From: Amoebophrya sp. A120
Lineage: Eukaryota; Protista; Dinoflagellata
Direction: 5' to 3'
Length of the DNA stretch: 64,000 bases
Assembly: GCA_905178155.1 (NCBI GenBank)
Contig: CAJINV010000005.1
Location: forward strand, 8,306,515-8,370,514
The translations under genes were made by a program, and so were the position numbers. The notes below the pieces were generated by a model, which made no database searches, was not told where the DNA came from, and was given only the letters and a program-made list of their open reading frames with translations. How positions within the stretch are numbered: position 1 is the first letter of the stretch; every line of letters begins with the position of its first letter. Positions 11,501 through 22,337 of the stretch are shown in pieces.

Positions 11501-14500
11501 CTGGAAGACGAATTAGTTGCTAATAGATAGAATTGAAAAATTTTACTACTCTTCGTGCAGCGGCTTCTGCGCATAACTTTAGTCTCGACCTTTAGCCCCG
11601 CCCCCCCAAAAACATTACATATTTTACTACGTCTCCATCTACGTCCCATCGTAGACGTCTGCCGCGGCTTTCGGCATTAGACGTTAACTAAAACGAGTGC
11701 GTTGCGCGGGTTTAGGGTTCCCCCGGTTTGTATCTCCCGAAGGCATGCTTTGAAGGGTTTAGGGTTTCGAAAGAATTTATACCGCATGACGCGTGACGGG
11801 AGCACGCAATGTAAGCGCAGCGGGCGGGTACCGTTCTCGCCGTAACACAATTCCAGAAAGAAAGAAAAGAAGTGAGCCCCTCCCGCAGGCAAAAAAAAAA
11901 AAAAATCTGCATGACAACTCTGGGGTGGGGACGTTTTTACACAGGATAGGGGTGTGTCAAGAGCTACCCGGCATCGATGACGCCCTGGCGCGTGCCCGAC
12001 AGTGCCGGTCTATGCATTGCAAATATGTCTGGGTCCTCTGGAAGATTCTGAGACCTGTCATGCACGTTTTGCATGAGCCATGATGTCTGTGATGCATGCC
12101 CTAGCATCACAGATTTTTTCAGGGTTTCTTGATGCCTATTCCGCATGACAAAGGTCCTCTCCGCGTTGCAAAAATTCCATTTCCTTTGCTGCCTATGCAA
12201 TACAGATCTTTTTGGAATCCACACGCAGCATCACAAGTTACATCCACCTTCCAGGCCCAGACATTTTTGCACTTGATACGGTCGTCTTGCTTTCGATCAC
12301 GTCACGGCGCCGGGAGGAAAGTATCTTCAGCATCCGGCCATGTGCACCTGGGACGCCGGGCATTGGATCGCGAAATCGCAGTTGAGGTTCCCGTATGAAA
12401 TGCAAAAATGTCTGGGTCTGGAAACTTGTGATGCTAAAATGTGCATGATGACAACACTTCCGAATGCAGTCCGGCATGACAACTTCCCAAAACGCTTTCT
12501 CATAGGCAATCCGCATGAGAAACTCCGTTTTTGCATGACAAAAGAGGCTGCGACTTTTGTTCGTTATGCAATACAGATTTTCTAGGTATGGAAAGCTAGC
12601 ATTACAAGTCCCAACCTTCCAGACCCAGACATTTTTACAATCTATATCCCGTTGGCGCTGCTGGGTGTGCAGGGCTGGCCCGATGTGAAAACCAGCGTCT
12701 TGCCGCAGCAAGTTTCGTATGGATTGCAAATATGTCTTGGTTTGGAAGAATGCAGATGTTTGTCATGCTTGTCTCACATGACTCTTGAACCTGGAATGCG
12801 TGAGCAGGAAAAGACCCTCTTACCTGTCATGCAAAAATGTAGTTTGTCTTTGTCATGCGGAAAGCTAAACACATAGGAGCCCAGAAACTTGTCATGCGTG
12901 GCTGCCTATTGCAGTGTTCCCACAATTCACAAATTAGCATCACAAGTTTCCAGACCCAGACATATTTGCAATGCATATGTCAAGGGGACGTTGGTCCTCG
13001 GCAGGGGAGCAGGAGCAGAGTTTGATATCAAGGAAAAAAACGTTGTTAGTGTAAGTTTGTGATGCGCAACATTCAAGCTGATTGCGTCTGTCATGCTTGG
13101 CATGCGTCGTAGGGTTCATCAAAGGGCGTTTTCAGATAGTATCTGCGCATGACAGGTTTTTGCTGTCATGCGAGAGATATTTGCCATGCTGTTCCTCCAA
13201 AAAAGTTACACCTACAATGTTTTTTTCTTGGATATTTGAGTCCGGATGCTTACAAGTACGCCCTGCCCTTCGCTCATCCGTTTTACGAGACCCGAGCGCG
13301 GTATGGGAGTGTCAGGATCGAAATCGTCAAAGTTGAAATAATCTGTAATGCAAAAGAGCGATACCAGCTGGATAGCCCAGTTTGCAAGTGGCGCATGACA
13401 AATTTTGGCAGCATGGAAATCCAATTTGTCCTGCTGTTTGAGCAGAGAAGACTGCTTTGCTATTTTAGCAGCTCTATCTTACACCCCAAACTGGCTTATA
13501 ATCGGCCTCAGTTGCCTGCTCTGCAAGACAGGCCCACTGCGTCTAGCATTTTATGCATCACAAACTATTTCAACGTTGACCATTTCAATCCTGACGCTTC
13601 CATACGAGGGCCAGGACCTGGCTCCTTGACGGACTCATATCAACCGCAAATTATGATATCTGGGTCTAGAGGAAGAATGCAAGTAAAGTTTGTCATGCTT
13701 GTCTCACATGACTCTTGAATCTGTAATGCATGAGCAGGAAAGCAGCCTCTCACCTGTCATGCGAAAACGCAGTTTGTCATGCGGGAAGCGAAACACATAG
13801 GAGCTCAGAAACTTGTCATGCGCGGCTGCGTAACGAAGTGCGCCCACCATTCACAAACTAGCATCACAAGTTTCCAGACCCAGACATGTTTGCAGGTCAT
13901 AACCCAACGCCAAGGATCCGCAGCGCGAGTATGGATTGCAAATATCCCTGGATGTCTGGAAGGTTGCAACTTGTGATGCTGTCTCTGCATTCCAAAGAAA
14001 TGTGTATTGCATGACCAGCAAGAGAGGTCCTGTTTGTGCTACATGGAGAGGGCGTTTCGCATGCGGAATAGGTATCAGGAAACCCTCTAAAGATCTGTGA
14101 TGCTAGGTTATGCATTACGGGCGTCATGGGTCGTGTAAAATCTACATGACAAGTCTTCCATATTTTCAGAACCAGACATATTTGCATTTCATAGCGAAGA
14201 CGGCAACCGATTGGCAAAGTGGCAACGATTGGCAAAGTTTCAACCCGATCGGAACGCGCGGTGGCAAATTGGCAACGCGCACAGGTCGTGCGCCATCTTG
14301 CTGGACCTCGACACGTTGATGCGGGGCGGGGAATATCAAATGCAAATATGTCTGGGTCTGGAAGATTGCAAGGTTTATTGTCATCCACATTTTGCATGAC
14401 CCGTGATGTTTGTGATGTATGCCCCAGCATCACAAATTTTTTGCGGGCATCTTGACGCCTATCCCGCATGAGAAATCCCCCTATGTCGCGGAGCAAAAAC

Positions 14501-17500
14501 TGGACGCCTCTTGCTGCTCATGCAATACAGATTTTTTTCCCTTCCAAAAATAGCATCACAAGTTCTTGCATTCGTCCGGACCCAGTAGACATTTTTGCAA
14601 TACATAGGGAAATGTCGAACGAGGGGGAGAGGGAGTACAACCCCGACGAGGCGGACGAGGGCGAGGGCCGGCCCGGTATCACGAGGAAAAATCCCCCCTC
14701 CCCATATCAAAAGGAAGTTTCTGATGCTGGATTTGCGTATACAGATCAGGTTTGTCTTGCAGTAGAGGACAGCAGGCTCCTGCCAAGCCTGAGTAGAGAG
14801 CTTTTGGCCTAGGCGCTTAGCATGAGAAACGTCTATGCTGTAGGCCCAGTAGCATCACAAACCGCCTGCATAATGCGGTAGAGCCTGTGGAGTTGTCTTC
14901 TTGCAAGACAGACGTGATTTGTGGCCTCAAATCAGCAAGACAGCGCACCTGTTCGATATGGGGAGGGGGGATTTTTCCTCTCAATACCCGGCGTCGGCTC
15001 GCAGGAGCAGGGGCGGAAGAGAAACAAAAGCCGCGATAAATTTTACCTGGACGAGGAGATTCTGCGTTTTGACACGCACGCAGATTTAGGGTTTGACGGA
15101 GTGGACGAAGACGCGGCGCACAAGCAGCACTTTGTGGAGAAAAACCTCGTTTGCCTCACGGCGATCTACGTCCGGAGGCTGAAACTGGTGTTTGCCAGCG
15201 CAGAGCTTTATGGGCGGAACAGCAATTACGACTGGGAGCACGAGGTCGAGCATATCCTGCTTCCTCCCAAGTTCACGGACACGGAGGTGCGGAAACGAAT
15301 GGAGGCCGACGCGAAGAAGTACAAACTTCGCACGTTTCTGAACAAGGCCGAACCCCCAAACGCAGTCGACAAGGAAAAATGGATCCGAGAAAATGTGCCG
15401 CAGGACAATGCGCGGGACGCGATGCAAACGGTGTGTACGTACCTAGCCAGGATGCTGGAGAAGCGACTGGGAGGTGTAGAAGATACAACTAAGCGGATGG
15501 AAAATAAGAAGCGAGATGCCTCAAGTAATATGCGAGTTAGTGCGAGCAAGGCAGCAGCGAAAACTACGGCGGACGGAGGTCAACGCGAGGTTGTTGACCC
15601 TGGTATATCAAATGCAAAAATGTCTGGGTCTGGAAGACGACAAGTTTGTCATGCGCATTTTCCATGATCATCTACGATGTCTGTTATGCATGCCCTAGCA
15701 TCACAGATTTTTTGGGCGCTTATCGATGCGCATCCCGCATGACAAATGCCCTATCCGTGTAGCCAAATTTGGCTGCTCTTGCTGCTCGTGCAATACAGAT
15801 TTTTTTTTAGCATCCCAATGCAGCATCACAAGTTGCAACCTTCCAGACCCAGACGTATTTGCAGTCCAAATGGCGACGGGTGGTACAATTCGGAGGAGAT
15901 CGATGGAAACGCTGAAACGTTCCGAACGAGTGGTTATAACACGGACGGAGCGGGCGAGGAGGCCGGGGGGTTGTATGACCTGCCAGCACAAAGGGAGAAG
16001 AAGAAGACGAAGCGGGGCGGTGGGTCCTTTTCCGCATTCGTCGAAAAGAGGACTTGGAAACAGAAAAACACCATTTTCGGAAGCAGAAGAACCAGCAAGA
16101 AGCCGAGTGGTAAAGAGCAAGAGCGTATGCATCGCAAGTATGTCTGGGTCTGGAAACTTGTGATGCTACAGTGTGGATGATGGAAACACTTCCGAATGCA
16201 GCCAAGCATAAGAACACTCCAGAACGCTTTCTCATGCGCAGCCCGCATGAGAAACTGCGTTTTTGTATGACAGAATAGGCTGCGGCTTTTGTTGGTCATG
16301 CAACACGACAAATCCCACAGGAATGTAAGACCAGCATTACAAGTTCGAACTTCCCCCCAGACACAGACATATTCGCAGTGGATAGAGCGACGTGGCAAAA
16401 ATCGGCACCATGAGCACCACCGCAGAAAGAGCAGAAAGGGGAAAAGGACTATTGTAAGGAAAAATGCTCCCATCCCAGAACTTGGAAGCATTTGTATTGC
16501 AAACTCTTCCAATGGAAATATTTGCCCTCTTGCATGTATCAGCATCACAATCGTGAATAAAGCAACCTCTTGCATGTATTTTCAATCGTGAATAAAGCAA
16601 AAATTTGCATTGCAAAAGACCCCAGCAAGAGCACTGCTTGTCATGCAAGCGATGCTGTATACCTATACGACTAAAATCTGCATCAGAAAAATTCATAGTC
16701 CTTTCATTGGCAAAAAGTTTTCATTTGGAAACTTCGCATCACAAATTGTCGCAACTTGCGGGGTGGGGGCATTTTTCACTGCAATAAGGCCTGCCGGAAG
16801 TTCCTCCCGAGACCGGCGTGGCAGCAGAAGCCGACGAGAGGGGGATTCCCGTCGAGAGCGCGGGCGTACAAGCCGACCTTCTGAGCGGCGGAGAAAGCTG
16901 CGGCCCCCGCCGGATAAGATTGCGCTAGATGGCAAGTTATCAAATGCAAAAATGTCTGGGTCTGGAATGTTGCCGGCTTTGTCATGCATATTCTGCATGA
17001 CCCAGGATGTCTGTAATGCACGACCTAGCATCACAGATTTTTGGCGGGCTTCCTGATGCCTACTCCGCATGACAAATGCCCTCCCCGCGTAGCACAAACT
17101 AGCCTCCTTCTGCTGGTCATGCAATACAGATTTTTTTAGAATCCAAAGTTAGCATCACAAGTTCCAACCTTCCAGACCCAGACACTTTTACACTTGATAC
17201 AAGTACATGGTGGGGCCGCGATCTTTTGGACCACAGAATATGAAATGCAAAAGTGTCTGGGTCTGGAAGCTTGTAATGCTGGGCGGCGTCTCATGATGAG
17301 GCTACGAATGCTGGCTCAGCATGACAAGTTTCTGAGCTCCTAGGTGTTGCCTATTCTGCATGACAAACTGCGCGTCTGCATCACAGAAAAGCGTAGCTCT
17401 TGGGCAACGTGCATGACAGATTTAAACATCATGCCAGACAAGCATGACAAACATGAATTCTTCCAGACCCAGACATTTTTACACTTGATACAGAACAAAG

Positions 17501-20500
17501 TGCAACCAAACTACAGCACTGCCGCAAGATATGGAAGTGTCAGAACCGAAATTGACAAAATCGAAAAACTTGTGATGCACAAAATCGATGCCAGTTAGAC
17601 CCACAGTTTGTAGTCGGCGCATGACAAATTCTCTTCGTCCTGGAAGCGAATCTGTCATGCGGTTTAGGGCAAAAGAGCTGCCTTCTGTCATGCTAGTCAG
17701 CAGCCCAACACTTATTCCTTGCCAGGACTACAATCCGCCTTCCTTGCATCCTCTGCAACAGAGTCGCTTTTTGCGTAGCATTTTACGCATTACAGAGCAT
17801 TTCGATTTTGTCGATTTCGATCCTGACACTCCCATACATGAAACAGCCAGGCGGCGAATGCGAACCAAGACCAAGGGCGGCAGGCGACTGCACGGGAGCA
17901 GCAAGATGCGGGCGACGGCGCAGGCGGGGAAGAAAATACCGGGTGGCGCATATCCTGAGTAAAAGCGTGGTCTCCATACCAGAGTTGTCATGCAAATGCG
18001 CAATAACAGGAACATTTGTAATGCGCAGCTCCATGAGAAAAGGAATTTCTAATCGTGATTTGGAATTTGTAATGCTGTAAACAGGATGTTAAAATGGCTT
18101 TCTCATGCGGCTTCTCTTACCAATCAGCACTACACTGCAGAGGGAACAAAGAACTTGTCATGCACAGCTCCCAAAGCTACTTGGAGACTTGTGTTGCTAG
18201 ATTCCCAACTTGACTATGGGGTGTGGGCCCCGTTCTTTTTGCTTAGGATAGCGCAGACAAGTGAGCAGAATCATCCTCGCAGTAGACTCGCGCGCGGAAG
18301 ACCGGTATGAAATGCAAATATGTCTGGGTCTGGAAGATTCTAAACTTGTGATGCTGTGTCTGGATTCTAAAAAAATTTGTATTGCATGACCAGCAAGAGG
18401 ACTCCAGTTTGTGCCACGCGGATAGGACATTTCTCATGCGGTAAGGGCATCGCAAAGCCCTCGAAAAAGCTGTGATGCTAGAGCATGCATCACAGACATC
18501 ATAGGCCATTCAAAATATGCATGACAAACCAGGCAATCTTCCAGACCCGGACATTTTTGCATTTGATAACCGGTGGGCGATTGACCAGCTTTTCGCACCA
18601 AGTCGAGACAGCGTATTCGAAGTGGGATATTGTGAGGAAAAATCCCCCCTCCCCATACCAAAGCGGGACTCTTCTGAAAATTTGTGATGCTGATTTGAGG
18701 CCACAAATCGTCTCTGTATTGCACGGAGAGAAATCCAAGAACCCCGCCGCGTTCTGCAGGCAATTTGTAATGCTGTTTGGCCAACGGAGGATATGCCGGC
18801 CTTGCTAGGCGCCTACACCAAAACGTCCCTAGTCCGGCTTTGTATAATCTATCTGGAGTCCTCTGCTGCAAGACAAATTCGATTTGTGTACACAGATCCT
18901 GCATCACAGATTTCCAGTTCGATACGGGGAGGGGGGATTTTTCCTTCTGATATCGGAAAAGGTTCCGGGCTTTTTTTTTACCTGGACGCAGGGAACAACG
19001 AGCTGGGGAGCTGTTTATCAAATGCAAATATCCCTGGATGTCTGGAACATTCTAAACTTGTGATGCTGTCTTTCGATTCTAAAAAAGATTTGTATTGCAT
19101 GACCAGCAAGAGGACTCCAGTTTGTGCCACACGGAGAGGGCATTTCTGATGCGGTAGAGGTATGATCGCAAACCGCTCTAAAAATCTGTGATGCTACGGC
19201 ATGCATCACAGACATCATGGGTCATGGAAAATATGCATGACAAATCTAGTAGAAGTCTTCCAGGCCCAGACAGTTTTGCATTTGATACTGTTGCAAGGGC
19301 GACAATAAGGTCGCGAACGGGCAACGAGTATCCTGTGCAAAAGTACCGTACTCGTATTGCAATCATGCATTACATCAAATCTTTTTTTTTAAAGGTAAAT
19401 TCGCATTACAAATTTTACTTCTCATGCTGAGAATTTGTAATGCATTTATTCGAGTGCGATTACGATACTTTTGCAGTTCATAACAAGTCATGGACGCAGC
19501 TGAGTACGGAAACAGGTATGCAAGTTGGACAGGAGGAGGTCAAGGTAGGGGGTATCAATTGCAAAAATGTCTGGGTCTGGAAGATTGCCAGGTTTGTCAT
19601 GCATATTTTGAATGACCGATGATGTCTGTGATGCATGCCCTAGCGTCACAGATTTTCAGCGGACTTTGTGATGCCTCTACCGCATGAGAAGTGCCCTCTT
19701 CACGTAACACAAACTGGAGTCCTTTTGCTGGTCATGCAATGCAAATTTTTTTAGAATCCAGAGACAGCATTACAAGTTTAGAATCTTCCAGACCCAGACA
19801 TTTTTACATTTGGTAGGGGGCAACCAGAGCCCACTCCCCTCCAGCCGCGGCTTGGAACGACATATCCGATGTAAAAACGTCCCCACCCCATAGTCAAGAT
19901 GGGGTCTCGGCTAGACAAATCCACAAGCTTTGGCTGTTTTGCATGACAGATCTCAGCTCGTCGTGTAGTGCTGTTTGAGCTATTTCAGCAGCATCACATA
20001 TCTAGTACATCATGCTGATTGGAGCATGGCAAATTCCAAAACACGACTGGAAAACCCTTTTCATGGGGCTCCGCATGAGAAACATTTTCAGCATGCAGAC
20101 TTGCACGACAGCTCTGGGGTGGGAACGTTTTTACACAGGATACGACGGGACCGGACTTTATCTTCGATACGGGCCTACATGACCCCAGATTCTATTGCAA
20201 GGAAAAATCCCCCCTCCCCATATCGAAAACGGAATTTCTGATGTTGTATTTGAGTATACAAATCGCCTTGGATTGCTAGAAGGCCAAGTGCCGCAGTTGT
20301 GCCGTCGTTTGCAGGCAACTTGTCATGCTGTTACCCACGTCCCAGCTGCCTCCTATCATGCTGAAGATGCAAGGCTTTCCCACGACGGCCAGTACTACAG
20401 TCCGCGTCTTTTGCCTTGTAGCATGGCAAAGCACCCCACAAATCTGCGTCACAGATTCCAAGAGACTAGTGATAGCGTTACTCCATTGCCGCCTTCGCGA

Positions 20501-21207
20501 TATTTTTTTAGCGGACCCCGCACGAGAACCCTGATGCGTTTCCCGCTTAGTACTGAGCCTGCTTGACTAACGTAGCAAACACATAGACACCCTTCGCTTC
20601 GGCACACCTCACCTGCCTAGTCGCCCCTAGGTAGGTGCAGGAATTTTCTGTGTGGGCTTTTTGTGCTGAATTATTCCAACAGGGGCTGCGTTTTTTTTTT
20701 CTGCCTTGCCAGCAGAGTATGTTTGTATGGGGGGGAATTGACGGAAGTGGCGCGAGACCTTGGTGACGGAGCAGACGACAAGAGCGGAAATGGTACAAAG
20801 CAAAAAAAAAGATGGTGTACACGCGCACTGCTTAACTGTGTGAAAGGTGTCGGCCCTGTGTAACCTGCTGCGGCAGGCAGGTGAATTCGTAGAACTGCAT
20901 CACATGTTAAGTAACGCCCACCGGCCTCCTAGATTAGTGATGAATTTATATGCGTTTTCAGTGTGGGGCCCAATGAAAAAAAAAAAAAAAAAAATCTGCG
21001 TCGAAGATTTCCGGTTTGATATGGGGAGGGGGGATTTTTCCTTGTGATCGATTCGGGGGCGTCACAGCAGAGCAGGGTGCGGCACAGCGAACCCAATTGG
21101 TGCCCGAGATCGAGAATGCGAATTTCGCTCCTCGGGAGTTGCAATCTTATTTTTCTGACCACAAACCCATTATGAAGCCGGTGTATGTGATAGATGACAC
21201 TGAGTAG
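5519..21207 (+). CDS. Gene 2, large protein with N-terminal hydrophobic segment, 25 TIR introns; function unknown
   Basis: First exon 5519-7066 contains LQIFVISGSTFFLLFLGLFSC. Elements at 7067-7339, 7781-11948, 12011-12278, 12394-12646, 12718-12977, 13026-13234, 13302-13604, 13638-13901, 13930-14193, 14334-14606, 14677-14986, 15606-15870, 16126-16384, 16450-16786, 16938-17199, 17239-17490, 17530-17836, 17951-18250, 18306-18568, 18628-18952, 19016-19287, 19329-19482, 19553-19815, 19863-20142, 20193-21049. The spliced frame is open to ..KPVYVIDDTE* (21207). RVYVASYNVLS weakly resembles the first motif of endonuclease/exonuclease/phosphatase domains. Confidence 0.85.
8025..11902 (+). mobile_element. 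Poly(A)-tailed retro-insert nested in family-B introner 7781-11948
   Basis: Host element breaks after AAATCCGCATG (8014-8024) and resumes after an A-tract at AAATCTGCATG (11903-11913). Host TSD GGGGT closes at 11949-11953. The insert starts in an open frame (to 8437); no reverse transcriptase motif recognised. Confidence 0.85.
10739..10791. repeat. 15-bp tandem repeat (GCGCAGCGGCTTCCT) x3.5
   Basis: Directly visible inside the nested insert. Confidence 0.9.
13026..13234. mobile_element. Introner family F (3 copies, about 207 bp), representative copy
   Basis: TIR TATCNANGAAAAAAACGTTGTTAGTGTAA; TSD TTTGA. Others at 29963 and 30264 (reverse orientation). Confidence 0.9.
13302..13604. mobile_element. 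Introner family G (3 copies, about 300-320 bp), representative copy
   Basis: TIR TATGGRAGTGTCAGGATCGAAATCGNCAAA. Others at 17530 and 41553. Confidence 0.9.
14677..14986. mobile_element. Introner family D (11 copies, about 310-330 bp), representative copy
   Basis: TIR TATNNNNAGGAAAAATCCCCCCTCCCCATATC / GATATGGGGAGGGGGGATTTTTCCNNNNNATA; TSD CCCGG. Other starts: 18628, 20193, 27290, 27775, 29154, 30562, 35260, 35952, 43118 (degenerate), 56745. Confidence 0.95.
16450..16786. mobile_element. Introner family H (3 copies, about 305-340 bp), representative copy
   Basis: TIR TATTRYAANGAAAAATGCYCCCACCCC. Others at 26930 and 29516. Confidence 0.88.
19329..19482. mobile_element. Introner family C (8 copies, about 145-190 bp), representative copy
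   Basis: TIR TATNNNNTGCAAAAGTATCGTACT / AGTRCGATACTTTTGCANNNNATA. Other starts: 5, 22709, 23581, 26570, 32873, 59485, 60673. Confidence 0.93.
20451..20991 (+). mobile_element. Poly(A)-tailed retro-insert nested in family-D introner 20193-21049
   Basis: Duplication AAATCTGCGTC at 20440-20450 and 20992-21002, with an A-tract immediately before the second copy. Confidence 0.85.
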
Positions 21208-22337
21208 CGGATCATGCGGAAGGTGGAGTACATATAAGATACTTACGAATATGAATAAGATAAAAACGACTCCTGGTCGTGAAAATAAACCTTTCGGTGT
21301 CCTGTTGTATACGGTGACGTTCATGATAGCAGGGATGATGACGACTGACATAAGCGGCGAATGGGTACTACTGTACTGCAACCCGGAGCATGATGTAGCT
21401 CCCTTCTGGAATAAACACAGAACTATAGCAGAGGACAGCCGTCAACTTCTCGTTCTCTGTCGTGTGTAGTTTCTGATGTACTGGTTCTGTTCGACGAGTG
21501 AACAAGTATTTTGAATACTTTCAATACAGTTGTTGAAGATCCGATTGCTCTTGCAAAAAGTGGAGCGATTTGTGCAAGAATATAGCGTCACACGACGAGG
21601 AAGCCGTTGTGCCAGAGCTGCTGGAGCGCGATTTTCAGAGGAGAGAGTTACCTATCAAGACACAGTTGATTTTTGATTAGAATAAGTACAGTTATCAACT
21701 GGGAGCGGAGCGCTGCAGGATTGATGAGGAGCGCAGAAGTTGATGAACCTACGACTTCGCCGTGGTCTGATAGCAAGAAATCTGTAATTACTCTGACCAC
21801 AGGACCTACTATTTCATTGAAGCGCATTTTTATCGGAACGAAAGAGCCGAAGCCTGTCCGTACTTCCATTTCCATATTCTATTTTCGCAGCGCGCAAGAA
21901 CATCACTTTCGATTAGAAATTCGCCCGGTACTAAAAAACGCAAAACCAAAGCAGAGTATTTTAGCAGATATACATGTCCCCGCTAGCTGGTACACACCAC
22001 GCGTTCATCGTGCACGTCAGTACTTTCTCAGCTGCGCTCTTCGGCGTAGTAGAGCTCATCAACCGGTGGACTTGGTGTCAATATCAGAATATGCAGCCCG
22101 GGAGGACCTCCACGAGCAGCAGCTTCTGCACCAGTTGAGGTTGTTGGTTTCATCCCCGCGGGGGCTCTCGCACGAGGAAGTGGTCAACGTCGTTTTCGTA
22201 CCTAGAAGACTACTAGTAGTACCTCACGAGGACCAGCACAACTGTGGGGAGGTGTAGTAATATTCCACAAGAACGGCTGGCCTTTCGCGCTCGCCTCTGA
22301 AAATTAACGAGAACAGCAGCAGCTTGTTATTGTTTCC

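Noticed and set aside
8025-11902. Possible autonomous introner carrying a transposase
   Set aside because: The interior has its own TSD and poly(A) tail, so it is a secondary insertion, and no DDE or other transposase ORF is recognisable.
21673-22257. 194-aa ORF upstream of gene 3
   Set aside because: It has a non-ATG start, no recognisable features and no splice link to gene 3; probably intergenic or UTR.
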